54,334 nt of DNA from Patescibacteria group bacterium (lineage in GTDB: Bacteria; Patescibacteriota; Minisyncoccia; Phycocordibacterales; CAIZLB01). The DNA is taken from positions 97,077-151,410 of the forward strand of contig JAZKFG010000005.1 of the NCBI GenBank assembly GCA_040386515.1, given 5' to 3'. Under the pieces are notes generated by a model. The model was not told the DNA's origin. It ran no database searches and worked only from the letters and a program-made list of their open reading frames with translations. The position numbers and the translations under genes were made by a program. Positions 1 to 9,239 of the stretch are shown here, one piece after another (the first letter of the stretch is position 1; every line of letters begins with the position of its first letter).

Positions 1-592
1 GACGGAAATCACCATCCATTCTACATGCTGATAATTTATCTCTTATTTCTTTTTCTAAATCTTTTTTAAGGACATGTACATACGATATAAAATCAATTTG
101 ACTTATATGTCCTTTTTGAAATTTTATTGTGTCGTTTTGATTTTCCTGCAATGTCTTTTTAATATTTGGAGAAGAATATTTTGGATATGGATATGTAAAT
201 GAACCGACAAATGTCTGAACCACTTCTTTCATTTGCTCTTCTGTTATATTTTCTGGAGAAATTGTATCTTTTATTAAACCCAATACATCACCAGTATCAG
301 TAGACAAGCCGAACAGAACTTCTATTTCATATATTTTATTTGATGCTGCAATCTTTCCTTTTTCTTCCATGTTTCCACTCCAAAGAACATGCATCCAACC
401 TTCGGCCATAGGATCAAGTCGGCCAACATATGTACACCGAGCCAATTCTTCTGGCAATAAAAAAGCTGAGAAAGATTTAACCACCTGCAGCGGTGTATAC
501 CCCACCTTCTTATACACACATGCACATTGAGTATGCACAAAGTTTAATGAATCGTATGAGTCTGAATGTTTAAGTATTGGTGTTATTTCCAT
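1..592 (-). CDS. truB: tRNA pseudouridine(55) synthase TruB, partial (runs off window edge; absent from ORF track)
   Basis: Manual translation from ATG at 592: MEITPILKHSDSYDSLNFVHTQCACVYKKVGYTPLQVVKSF...YVGRLDPMAEGWMHVLW...KIYEIEVLFGLSTDTGDVLGLI; GRLDPMAEG matches the TruB catalytic motif (GTLDPxAxG) and KxY...G..TDT.D..G is TruB-typical. Confidence 0.85.
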   Translation of the reverse strand, partial: MEITPILKHSDSYDSLNFVHTQCACVYKKVGYTPLQVVKSFSAFLLPEELARCTYVGRLDPMAEGWMHVLWSGNMEEKGKIAASNKIYEIEVLFGLSTDTGDVLGLIKDTISPENITEEQMKEVVQTFVGSFTYPYPKYSSPNIKKTLQENQNDTIKFQKGHISQIDFISYVHVLKKDLEKEIRDKLSACRMDGDFR

Positions 593-641
593 TTTTTTAT
601 TGTAACTTATAATTTATGTTTCTTACGAAATTTTTACAAAC

Positions 642-678
642 AAAAAACATCACTTCGTGATGGACGGTGATGTTTTTT
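642..678 (-). terminator. Intrinsic terminator after rplS
   Basis: AAAAAACATCAC-N13-GTGATGTTTTTT inverted repeat with A/T tails. Confidence 0.7.
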
Positions 679-692
679 GTTTGTAAAAATTA

Positions 693-1157
693 TTATTTTG
701 ATGTATCAGCGTCTTCAATTGCCTTTACTTCATCCATATCAACCTCTATCTCTGAATCATCTAGAAGGTCATTGTCTGGTGCTGCAACTAGTGGAGCTTT
801 TTCTCCTCGAATCATTTGCATTTTTAGACGCTTGTTAATCTCTTTAACAGCTTTGTCTTTAATATAGTAAAGCTTTGCTCGTCGAACTTTAGATCGCTTA
901 ACAACTTCCACTTTATCAATCATTGGAGAATATAGAGGGAAAATTCTTTCTACTCCATATCCGTTTGAAGACTTTCGTACAGTAAATGTACCTCCAGCTT
1001 CAGTTCCATGTTTTCGGGCAAGAATCATACCTTCAAAGATCTGGATTCGAGTTTTACCCTTTTCCTGAATCTTCTGGTGTACACGTACAGTATCACCTGT
1101 TCGCATATCTATTGCCTTTCTTGTTGATTTATCTAATTGTGACAGTGTTATAGCCAT
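693..1157 (-). CDS. rplS: 50S ribosomal protein L19 with acidic C-terminal extension
   Basis: [51 protein letters not shown]; start moved to ATG 1157 (MAITL). Confidence 0.97.
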   Translation of the reverse strand: MAITLSQLDKSTRKAIDMRTGDTVRVHQKIQEKGKTRIQIFEGMILARKHGTEAGGTFTVRKSSNGYGVERIFPLYSPMIDKVEVVKRSKVRRAKLYYIKDKAVKEINKRLKMQMIRGEKAPLVAAPDNDLLDDSEIEVDMDEVKAIEDADTSK

Positions 1158-1202
1158 AGCGTATGTTGTAACATATTTCAGGTTTACAATCAAGTAGTTT
1201 AC

Positions 1203-1946
1203 CTATAGTGAGTATTTCTGACAAACCTGAACAAAGTCTTCAGGCAGCGGAGCCGAAAAAGTTCTTTCATTTCCCTTAGCATCAAAGAAACGTATATTCT
1301 CGGCATGAAGAGCCTGACGAGTAAAACCAAGGACTTTTGGATGATTAGCCATATATAACGGATCCCCTACAATACCATGATGAATATGCTTCATATGCAC
1401 ACGAATCTGGTGAGTTCTCCCTGTTTTAGGCTTAAGTGACATATATGAAAATCTTGGCAAATGAGGCGTAACTTCATCATCTGTCTCAAATTGAGTTAAT
1501 GTCTCATAAAATGTAACAGCGTCTCTCATTTCCCCTCGGGCAAATCGGCCAGTAACATATTTACGGAAATCAGAGCCACTTCGTCCAATAGCACTATTGA
1601 TTACCCCTTTCTTATCATTATCTTTAAGCCAACCCCACACAAATGCTTTATATTCCTTCTCTATAATATGGTCTTGAAACTGCTTTTTAATATTTTCAAA
1701 AAACTCTTGCGTACGGGCAATAACCATTACTCCTGATGTATCAGCATCAAGTCGATGCACAATACCAGATCGCTCCATATTACCCTCTGTCTCACCTACT
1801 CCTTTAATTTCAGGGTACAACTTGAGCACCTCTTCACACACACTACTTACATGCTTAGTTTTTGATTTTCCATCGCCGTGTGTAATAAGTCCAGCAGGTT
1901 TTGAAATAATTATAAAATCCTTTTCTTCATGGAGTACAGTTATCAT
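1203..1946 (-). CDS. RluA-family pseudouridine synthase (no S4 domain)
   Basis: KPAGL, GIVHRLDADTSG, TGRTHQIRVH, GDPLY, RQALHA motifs. Confidence 0.93.
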   Translation of the reverse strand: MITVLHEEKDFIIISKPAGLITHGDGKSKTKHVSSVCEEVLKLYPEIKGVGETEGNMERSGIVHRLDADTSGVMVIARTQEFFENIKKQFQDHIIEKEYKAFVWGWLKDNDKKGVINSAIGRSGSDFRKYVTGRFARGEMRDAVTFYETLTQFETDDEVTPHLPRFSYMSLKPKTGRTHQIRVHMKHIHHGIVGDPLYMANHPKVLGFTRQALHAENIRFFDAKGNERTFSAPLPEDFVQVCQKYSL

Positions 1947-1954
1947 ATAGATAG

Positions 1955-2344
1955 TTATACTTGTATCCCTTCACTTTGCAATAGGTCTCGCTTCATTTGG
2001 CTGCCCCATCTATACTCTCCAATCTTTCCATCGCTTCGAATAACGCGGTGGCATGGTATGAGAATAGCTATGTTATTTCGAGCAATTGCACTAGCCACAG
2101 CTCGTACCGCAGTAGGCATTCCTATCATTTCAGCTACCTGACTATATGTTTTAGTTTGCCCCTTCTTTATCTTAAGAAGAGCTTTCCATACCTTTTGTTG
2201 AAATGGAGTACCTTGCATATCAAATGCATAGAGTTCAGGAGTTTCGAAATTTATCACTTCTGCTCCTTTAACTTTGTTCGGTACTATATCAAGAACTGAA
2301 ATTCCCTTGTCTGTTTTTGTGAGTGTGTAGTTATATGCCTTCAT
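1955..2344 (-). CDS. ogt: Methylated-DNA-protein cysteine methyltransferase
   Basis: GTPFQQKVW, AVRAVA, IPCHRVI active-site motif. Confidence 0.93.
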   Translation of the reverse strand: MKAYNYTLTKTDKGISVLDIVPNKVKGAEVINFETPELYAFDMQGTPFQQKVWKALLKIKKGQTKTYSQVAEMIGMPTAVRAVASAIARNNIAILIPCHRVIRSDGKIGEYRWGSQMKRDLLQSEGIQV

Positions 2345-2374
2345 ATGTATAGAGTGTATATCATTTATATAAAT

Positions 2375-2416
2375 AAAAAAACCGGTATCGAAGAGTTTAA
2401 GGGTCTTCGATACCGG
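2375..2416 (-). terminator. Intrinsic terminator of small orphan unit
   Basis: Perfect 13-bp stem CCGGTATCGAAGA/TCTTCGATACCGG, U-tract on minus strand. Confidence 0.8.
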
Positions 2417-2433
2417 CGAGGATTGGTGATCCT

Positions 2434-2499
2434 CTATTTTGGGGTTGAGGTTCGGGTTTTTTTGGTTTTTGGTTTTGGTGTGTGCTTGCTAGACACCAT
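2434..2499 (-). CDS. Putative 21-aa basic peptide MVSSKHTPKPKTKKTRTSTPK (or sRNA)
   Basis: ATG-initiated ORF between a consensus promoter (2548-2575) and a terminator (2375-2416). Confidence 0.35.
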   Translation of the reverse strand: MVSSKHTPKPKTKKTRTSTPK

Positions 2500-2547
2500 C
2501 AACCAAAGGTTAGTCCAGATACCGACTTTCCTCTGATCAACCTATGT

Positions 2548-2575
2548 ATTATACCATTTCTATATTTTAAGTCAA
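2548..2575 (-). promoter_or_regulatory. Sigma70 promoter TTGACT-N16-TATAAT with extended -10 TG
   Basis: Minus strand ttgacttaaaatatagaaatggtataat. Confidence 0.75.
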
Positions 2576-2593
2576 GTACCCTACTTCCAAACT

Positions 2594-3286
2594 TTATCCC
2601 CTTTTCACCTTCACTCCAAAACTTTTTTCTTCATCACTCAAATGTTCTACTGCATATCTCCACATTGTCCTTGGCATTTCTTTATAATGAATTCTTAAAA
2701 ACTTTATTAATTCTTCTTTTGAACATCTTTTTCCAACTTCTCTAAGCATCCATCCAACTGCTTTATGCATAAGATCTTGTGTATCACCCATTAACAATTC
2801 AGCCAGTTTAAAAGTCATACTGCTATCACCTTTCATTATATATGCATGCGTTGCCACAATAGCAATTCTTCTTTCCCACATATTTTCCGACTTTGCTAAC
2901 TTAGTATAAAATCTCAAATCCGTATTCTTTATATATTCCCCTACTATTTCTCGAGCGCTTTGATCAACTAAGTCCCAATTATTTACATACTGAGTATTTC
3001 TCATAAACACATCAAATGCCTCTTTCTTATTTTTCCATTCAATCAAAAGAAATAGCGCTGCCAATCTAAACTCATGTTCTTTAGAGTGTAATAATTTTTC
3101 AATATCTTCTAACGATAAATCTGTATACCTCTTTACAGTCTTTCTTGTCTCCGGAACAGTAATACCGATAAATGTATCGTGTGCACTATATTGTCCAATG
3201 CCTGTTTTAAAAAATCTCTGTGAAGCAATAGCTTTTACAGGGGATGCATATGTTTGTAATTCTTTTTTGATAGCTGTAAGTGACAT
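2594..3286 (-). CDS. DNA alkylation repair protein (AlkD-like HEAT-repeat glycosylase)
   Basis: FFKTG.GQY...D.FIGI.VP, VNNWDLVD, WERRIAIVAT, HKAVGWMLREVGK; start at ATG 3286. Confidence 0.9.
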   Translation of the reverse strand: MSLTAIKKELQTYASPVKAIASQRFFKTGIGQYSAHDTFIGITVPETRKTVKRYTDLSLEDIEKLLHSKEHEFRLAALFLLIEWKNKKEAFDVFMRNTQYVNNWDLVDQSAREIVGEYIKNTDLRFYTKLAKSENMWERRIAIVATHAYIMKGDSSMTFKLAELLMGDTQDLMHKAVGWMLREVGKRCSKEELIKFLRIHYKEMPRTMWRYAVEHLSDEEKSFGVKVKRG

Positions 3287-3322
3287 TGCTCTAAGTATAG
3301 CAAATCGTATATACTTCAAAAC

Positions 3323-3964
3323 ATGTTAGCTATCATCTCAACCATATTAAGTATTGCCATTCTTGAGCTTATGCTCAGTGTGGACAATGCACTTGTTAAT
3401 GCTTCTCTCGCCGAAGAGCTTCCTCCAAAGCTTCAAAAGAAAGCTATTTATGCAGGTATTGGTATAGGGGCATTATTCCGAATCGTTTGTTTATTCTTGG
3501 CTTCTATTATTATTGAAAATCCAATTATTAAGATTATTGGAGGGCTTTATCTTATATGGCTTGCCTACGATCACTTCTTTCGAACAAAGAAAGATGATAA
3601 AGAATTAAAGAAGCATCCTCACTTCGGAAAAGTAATTGCCCAAATTGCAGCAGCAGATCTTGTATTTAGTATTGATAATGTTGTTGGTGCAATTGGCATA
3701 TCAAGCCATTTTTCATATGTAGTCTTTGGAGTGCTAGTTGGAATTATTACTATGCTTTTTGTGACACCTATTATGCTTACGCTTATGAGCAAGTTTCCAA
3801 CGCTTATAAAAACAGCATACGGAATTATTGCCTACGTAGGGATATCTATACTTATAGAAGCATCTACACATCACCATATTCCTGAGTTTGCTACATTTAT
3901 TTTTATTCTCGTTGCTGTACTTGCAACTGTTCGATACGACAGAAAGAGATTATCTTTTAAATAG
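3323..3964 (+). CDS. TerC-family integral membrane protein
   Basis: LELMLSVDNALV and ADLVFSIDNVVGA motifs, multiple TM helices. Confidence 0.88.
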   Translation: MLAIISTILSIAILELMLSVDNALVNASLAEELPPKLQKKAIYAGIGIGALFRIVCLFLASIIIENPIIKIIGGLYLIWLAYDHFFRTKKDDKELKKHPHFGKVIAQIAAADLVFSIDNVVGAIGISSHFSYVVFGVLVGIITMLFVTPIMLTLMSKFPTLIKTAYGIIAYVGISILIEASTHHHIPEFATFIFILVAVLATVRYDRKRLSFK

Positions 3965-4300
3965 TCGAGGGTTGTGCATCTTTTTGTACTGACCACTAAG
4001 AAGAATTATGAAAAGGATTGGGAGAATATAAGCTGGTACATTTTTATACCCAGTTGCAAGCCCCAGTATATCTACAAGAATTGTAATTAAAATATACAAT
4101 TCGAGTCCGCGCTTTTCCATACTCCACAACCATAGTGCTGAAATAAGATATGAAAAAGAAATTAATATTGTTGCCCATGAACTCCATGGAGCCGGATACA
4201 ACTGCGGTGAAGCTTGTACAATTCCAATAATAAAACCAACTGAACCTATAAAAATAAATAAACCAAGTATTGTAACAAGAGGAGAGCTTTTAACTTTCAT
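3950..4300 (-). CDS. Small 4-TM membrane protein, unknown function
   Basis: Hydrophobic 116-aa ORF with TATACT-N6-ATG start. Confidence 0.7.
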   Translation of the reverse strand: MKVKSSPLVTILGLFIFIGSVGFIIGIVQASPQLYPAPWSSWATILISFSYLISALWLWSMEKRGLELYILITILVDILGLATGYKNVPAYILPILFIILLSGQYKKMHNPRLFKR

Positions 4301-4324
4301 ACTGTAAGTATATTGCCAATGTCT

Positions 4325-6394
4325 TTATTTTTCAATAACAGCTCTTGTTTTTGGACCAAAAGTTCCAGAAGCAGGTACTATGTTGTTTTTCTTTTGAAAT
4401 TTCATGAGGGCGATTTGTGTGGCCTTTCCAAACAATGTTGTCTCCTTTCCTTTTGATCCTGGACCAGTACTAGCAACAGCATATCCATGCATGTTTAAAT
4501 ATTTTTGTAATAATTTTACATCTTCGCCGATTTTTCCAATCAATAAATCTCGGGTGAAATCGGTTTTTGTATTCTTTACTGGCGCTGGATTGGCCTGCAC
4601 AGGATGCAGTGTCGGTACAGGTACAACATAACTCGGATCAATCCCTGAACCTCCAGAAGATATACGCACTGTTGGATATACAATAGGAGGAAGAGTGTTT
4701 TGTATTGTAATTGTTATAGGAGCTGATGTTGCATAATTAACCGCATCATCTCGAGCTACTGCCTGAATTGTATGAGCACCGTCTGAAACCAAAGCTGTAT
4801 TCCAAATGATTGAATACGGTGCCGTTATATCTTCAGAACCAATCAATACATTTCCATCAAGCATGAATTGTATTCCGCTTACTCCTACATTGTCAGAAGA
4901 TGAAGCAGTAATCGTGATGCTTGATGATACAGTTCCATTATTCGTAGGCGAGGTAATTTCCACAACTGGCGCCAATATATCTGTTGATGAGCTGACTACT
5001 TGATTTATAAATATTTCTGCTGGCAAACGATATGTACTGCTGTCAGTTGGCATATTTACACCAACCCCTGCTGAACCTGAAGCCAGTGAAACGGTTGTTG
5101 CACCAACAGGCGTATTAGCAAGGGTTAGTTTAATTTGATTGCCAGTAATACGTGTCGATGAGGCAATTGTTGTAGTCCCATTGCTATCAGATACAGAAAA
5201 TCCGCCTGTTGTATTTATTGGAAGCAAAGGCAACGACTCGTCTGTAAATGTGAGTATGATTTGCTTGGCTGTTGTTCCCCATTTTGCCGAAACTAGCCGA
5301 GGACCTCTGCCGTCTGTTCCTCCATACATGCCCGCATCCATACTTGCCCAAAATCTATCTGCAAATATTTGAAGATCATCATTTGTTTTAAAATGTAAAT
5401 TGTCACCCCCATCATTGGCCAAGTTTACATCTGGATATGCAGCACCTCCAATTACATGTGAGTTATTATTCCAAGCATCGATTTGTGCCAAACGAATTGC
5501 ATCAGTAGATGTTGCAACATTGGCAGAATTTGCAATTTGCCCTACAACTGTTTTTACGCCAAAGTCAGTAAATATTGTATCTACCATGGTATTAAGATAT
5601 CCAAGATATGTTGCTCGAAGCATGTGATTTGCCACATCAGTTTCTCCTTGGAAAAATAATATTGCCTTAACTCCTCCGACAGCATTAATTCTTCTATACA
5701 TTGATCCATATAAAGTTGAAGTAGCGTAGGCTGGTTGCCATTCTGTAATAGAGGTTCCTCCTTTTGAACCCGTGACGAATGCAACAGGCACATTTGTCTT
5801 AGCCATAATTCGAGTTGCAACGAGTGGCCACAGAGACCCTGAAGCTGACACACCGTCACTTGATATACTATCTACTCTATTTACATTAGAATCTGTTGGA
5901 TCAATCAACTCTTTCCATTGATCATCATTTCCAAAAAGTGCAGCTTTCAAGGTTGGGTGCGTATATACTTGATTATTAAATCCACGACCACTAAAGTTGC
6001 TCTGTCCTGCAATAAAATACACATCTCCCACGCCAACATATGCAGTCGATGTTGAAATTGTTGTGTCATTTACAAAACGAACACTTAATAATCCTTGTCC
6101 TGTTGATTGGTTAGTCAATGAGCCAGAAAAAGTACCTCCTGTTGGGGAAGCTACAATAGTTGCATATGCCCCGTCGTTCCAACTTGCTTCGATGGCTGTC
6201 GGAGTCCCTGTATACGTACCTGAAATAGTAATTGTCGCTTTATTGAGATTATCCCGCTGAACAACCTGATATGACTTTGGGGTTGAAATAGTAATTATTT
6301 CCCCTGCTGCGACAACATTTTTAGACAAGAAAATCTGAGAGATGAGTGCTACATATAAAAATACGAATTGGAATTTATTGAACATGGATAGCAT
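4325..6394 (-). CDS. Secreted sialate O-acetylesterase (SASA/SGNH)-like protein with Ig-like and C-terminal peptidoglycan-binding domains
   Basis: Signal peptide; AGQSN, GGTSI..W, FFQGETD, D.LHF motifs; Big-type repeat (SDNVGVSGIQF..DG...EDITAPYS..WNT); C-terminal RDL..G..GEDV..LQ.YLN...FGPKTR; start 6394 or 6385. Confidence 0.8.
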   Translation of the reverse strand: MLSMFNKFQFVFLYVALISQIFLSKNVVAAGEIITISTPKSYQVVQRDNLNKATITISGTYTGTPTAIEASWNDGAYATIVASPTGGTFSGSLTNQSTGQGLLSVRFVNDTTISTSTAYVGVGDVYFIAGQSNFSGRGFNNQVYTHPTLKAALFGNDDQWKELIDPTDSNVNRVDSISSDGVSASGSLWPLVATRIMAKTNVPVAFVTGSKGGTSITEWQPAYATSTLYGSMYRRINAVGGVKAILFFQGETDVANHMLRATYLGYLNTMVDTIFTDFGVKTVVGQIANSANVATSTDAIRLAQIDAWNNNSHVIGGAAYPDVNLANDGGDNLHFKTNDDLQIFADRFWASMDAGMYGGTDGRGPRLVSAKWGTTAKQIILTFTDESLPLLPINTTGGFSVSDSNGTTTIASSTRITGNQIKLTLANTPVGATTVSLASGSAGVGVNMPTDSSTYRLPAEIFINQVVSSSTDILAPVVEITSPTNNGTVSSSITITASSSDNVGVSGIQFMLDGNVLIGSEDITAPYSIIWNTALVSDGAHTIQAVARDDAVNYATSAPITITIQNTLPPIVYPTVRISSGGSGIDPSYVVPVPTLHPVQANPAPVKNTKTDFTRDLLIGKIGEDVKLLQKYLNMHGYAVASTGPGSKGKETTLFGKATQIALMKFQKKNNIVPASGTFGPKTRAVIEK

Positions 6395-6582
6395 AACTAT
6401 AATATGTAGGAAAATAGTTAGCAAATTGATTATTTTCCAAGAAATGTTACAGTTCAAACGTGGAAATCAAAACTCTATAGAAAACCCTGACGCATATTTC
6501 GTGCACAATTAGGACGTAGAAATCTCCCACAAACACATACAAGAAAGCTAGAATTTTTACTAACATAAATATTACATCTTAT

Positions 6583-6747
6583 ATGTCAGACATTGACTAC
6601 AACAAATATCACGAGGATTCACTTAAGCACTGGAGAAGTTGGGGTTCTTGGTTTAGCTGGGGATCTGCTACAGGCTTGAGTATTTTCTTTATCAGTTTAG
6701 GAATCTTTATTGTACTGTTACGGTACGCTTGGATTCTTGGAAGATAG
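6583..6747 (+). CDS. Small single-TM protein, 54 aa (below ORF-track cutoff)
   Basis: MSDIDYNKYHEDSLKHWRSWGSWFSWGSATGLSIFFISLGIFIVLLRYAWILGR; followed by terminator 6752-6778. Confidence 0.65.
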   Translation: MSDIDYNKYHEDSLKHWRSWGSWFSWGSATGLSIFFISLGIFIVLLRYAWILGR

Positions 6748-6751
6748 ATTG

Positions 6752-6778
6752 AGAGACCACCTTAACGGGTGGTTTTTT
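6752..6778 (+). terminator. Intrinsic terminator
   Basis: ACCACC-ttaacg-GGTGGT followed by T-run. Confidence 0.7.
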
Positions 6779-6820
6779 AATTTGCTATACTTAATACATA
6801 TTAATTAATCAATACAACAT

Positions 6821-7243
6821 ATGTTACCAATCACTTTACTTTCAGTACTTTTAGCAGCTATTGCATCATTTATTTTAGGTTTTTTATTTCATGGACCAAT
6901 ATCAGGAAAGCTGTGGATGAAGCTTGCCAATATTGTACCAACTGGCAATGAGAAACTTGCAGACATGATTCCGCAAATGATTTGGAATTTTATTATAAAT
7001 TTATTTACTGCATACGGACTAGCTGTAGTGTATGTATTTGCCTCAACTTCAACTCTTACAAATGGAGGAGGAGTTGGAACTGGTATTATGTGTGGAATAT
7101 TAGTATGGGCAGGATTTCTTGCACCAGCTACATCAGTTGAAGTTATTTGGCTTAAGAGACCATTTAAACTTTGGCTATTTGAAGCCGTGTGTTCATTTAT
7201 TGTGATGATTGCAATGGGGGCTATTATTGGGTGGATGCTTTAG
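6821..7243 (+). CDS. DUF1761-like membrane protein
   Basis: VLLAAIASFILGFLFHGP..GKLWMKL N-terminus, 4 TM. Confidence 0.75.
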   Translation: MLPITLLSVLLAAIASFILGFLFHGPISGKLWMKLANIVPTGNEKLADMIPQMIWNFIINLFTAYGLAVVYVFASTSTLTNGGGVGTGIMCGILVWAGFLAPATSVEVIWLKRPFKLWLFEAVCSFIVMIAMGAIIGWML

Positions 7244-7279
7244 GAAATAAAAAAACACTGAGCTAACAGTCCATCACTG

Positions 7280-7341
7280 AAAATTACAAATGAAAAAATC
7301 TGCCGTCTATCACGAATGCAGATTTTTTCATTTGTAATTTT
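7280..7341. repeat. Perfect 24-bp inverted repeat with 14-nt loop between convergent genes
   Basis: AAAATTACAAATGAAAAAATCTGC (7280-7303) / GCAGATTTTTTCATTTGTAATTTT (7318-7341). Confidence 0.85.
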
Positions 7342-7350
7342 TCAATTAGA

Positions 7351-7746
7351 TTATTCTGCTCTGTGGCCGAATTCTTCGTCTTCAGTATCTGCGTCGGCGT
7401 CTGCTTTTGTTTCGTGTATTCTTCCATCAATATGGTTTGCTGGAGCATATACTGTCCAGATTTTCAAAGCAGATTCTCCAGTGTTAAGAATGTTGTGCTT
7501 TACTCCAGGTGCTACCACTACCACTGATCCTGCAGTGATCTCTGTCTCTTCTCCATCAAGAACAGCTTTTCCATTTCCACTTTCAATATATAATGTTTGC
7601 TCAACGTGAGGATGAGTCTCCTCTCCTATCTCCCCATCAACCGTTATATTCATAGTTACAAGCTGGCTTTTTGGTCCTGTATACAGAACAGTTCGGAAAT
7701 TTGTATTATCTTCAGTAATTTTTTTGATGTTGTGTATGTATGACAT
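7351..7746 (-). CDS. Cupin domain protein
   Basis: EIGEETHPHVEQ..YIESG, PGVKHNILNTG, TVYAPANH. Confidence 0.88.
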   Translation of the reverse strand: MSYIHNIKKITEDNTNFRTVLYTGPKSQLVTMNITVDGEIGEETHPHVEQTLYIESGNGKAVLDGEETEITAGSVVVVAPGVKHNILNTGESALKIWTVYAPANHIDGRIHETKADADADTEDEEFGHRAE

Positions 7747-7785
7747 ATTTTTAGTATATCAGATATATATTAAATCAATGTGAAG

Positions 7786-8352
7786 CTATTGCTTTAACTG
7801 TAACATACAGAAATTCTTTCCTAAATATGTACTTGTTGCCCCGCCTAAACAGTCAGCGGGCGTGATTGTATTTTTCTCAATAAACCAATGGAGAATTGGT
7901 CCTTGAATACCTCCCCAAGCATGAACAGGGTCAGCATACATATATGAATCCATTCGTCCCGCTATATCGTTTAATGGATCATCGGGTAATGTTTTCATAT
8001 ATGGTGTGAGTGCCGCATCAACAGTAGGACAGCCAACGTATCCATTCAAGAAACACATTCCTCCGTCTTTTGTAGGAGCAGATGGAGATCCGTGCCCTAT
8101 ACAATAGAAGTCTGTTGCCTTACCTGCAACTACACATGAAGCAGTCATAGGAAAGTTTCCACCATTATCCAACGAGTAAGCCAAGAAAGCATTTCTAAGA
8201 GTACGAGCATCACTTGTTCTCTCTGCATCTCGTGCTTTTGATCGAGCAGCAGAAAGCGAGGTTAAGACTATTGAACTCAAAAGACTGATAATAGCAATTA
8301 CTACTAGTAGTTCGATTAATGTGAATCCTTTACGTAGGTTAGAAACTTTCAT
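7786..8352 (-). CDS. Type IV pilin / pseudopilin-like protein
   Basis: Prepilin motif KG|FTLIELLVVIAII, ARSKARDAER; Cys-rich variable C-terminus. Confidence 0.9.
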   Translation of the reverse strand: MKVSNLRKGFTLIELLVVIAIISLLSSIVLTSLSAARSKARDAERTSDARTLRNAFLAYSLDNGGNFPMTASCVVAGKATDFYCIGHGSPSAPTKDGGMCFLNGYVGCPTVDAALTPYMKTLPDDPLNDIAGRMDSYMYADPVHAWGGIQGPILHWFIEKNTITPADCLGGATSTYLGKNFCMLQLKQ

Positions 8353-8391
8353 GCGATATAAACATTATACATTTTCTGATAGACTTTAAAA

Positions 8392-8820
8392 ATGACTTAC
8401 GATTATAGAAAGCAAAAAATAGTAGCTGTTATTAATGAAAACCTACCGACATGGCAAATGCTTAATGTAATAGGCCACCTATCAATAAGCCTTGGTGCAC
8501 ATAAAGATGAGGATCTAATGGGGGAAAGTATTTTGATTGACGCATCTAATATAGAGCATAAAGGTATCGCTCGATACGGATTTATAATTAAAAAAGGTAG
8601 TACTGAGAATATTCGAGATATTTTGAAAAATGCTAAAGATACCAAGGAAATTACAGTTATAGATTTTCCAAGAGAAATGCTTGAGATTTCAGATGATGAT
8701 TCTTTGGTTGAGTCTATGAGTAAAAAAGAAGAAAAGGACTTTGAGTATTTTGGCATTCTTATATATGGCCCGTCGGAGACTGTGAATAGGCTTACTAAAG
8801 GTGTGGTGATGTTTTCTTAA
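8392..8820 (+). CDS. DUF2000-like (PTH2-fold) protein
   Basis: KIVAVI...LPTWQMLNVIGHL, DAS...H.GI, EYFGILIYGP...VNRLTK pattern. Confidence 0.7.
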   Translation: MTYDYRKQKIVAVINENLPTWQMLNVIGHLSISLGAHKDEDLMGESILIDASNIEHKGIARYGFIIKKGSTENIRDILKNAKDTKEITVIDFPREMLEISDDDSLVESMSKKEEKDFEYFGILIYGPSETVNRLTKGVVMFS

Positions 8821-9235
8821 GCAGAGTTATTAGTTGTGGAATATCACTTTCATTAAAATGAACAAAACTATTTTTAATATCTTTACCTTCAGTAAGTTCA
8901 CTTATTTTGTACATTGCCCAGTTACAAAAACTAGTTATATATCCTTTTGATATAGTAAAGACACTTTCAGACGGAATATATAATATGTAAGAATCTTTAC
9001 CATTTTTACTCACCTTTCCTACTTTGCCAAAATTATTTACAGCTTTTAACTCTATACGAGTTTTAGTTTTTACCTCAGCTATACCTATAATATATGTCGG
9101 CTTTTCTTTTTCTATTAATGCTTCAAACTTTTTAAAATCCTCTTTTAATTTTCCAAATGTAAATAAACATATTCCTTCATTTGTAAATATAGGAATATGT
9201 TTATTAGTCCGGAAAGTATAGAAAAGTGTTTTCAT
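8795..9235 (-). CDS. Short pyroglutamyl-peptidase (C15)-like protein
   Basis: P.YIIGIA...RIE..AVN, TSFCN, SFVH give a Glu/Cys/His arrangement like Pcp. Confidence 0.55.
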   Translation of the reverse strand: MKTLFYTFRTNKHIPIFTNEGICLFTFGKLKEDFKKFEALIEKEKPTYIIGIAEVKTKTRIELKAVNNFGKVGKVSKNGKDSYILYIPSESVFTISKGYITSFCNWAMYKISELTEGKDIKNSFVHFNESDIPQLITLLKKTSPHL

Positions 9236-9239
9236 CTGT

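Noticed and set aside
322-540. 72-aa ORF from the track
   Set aside because: Alternative frame inside truB (1-592).
6458-6530. c-di-GMP-I riboswitch (GAAA...GACGCA resemblance)
   Set aside because: The P2 stem around GAAA does not pair; similarity too weak without a covariance search.
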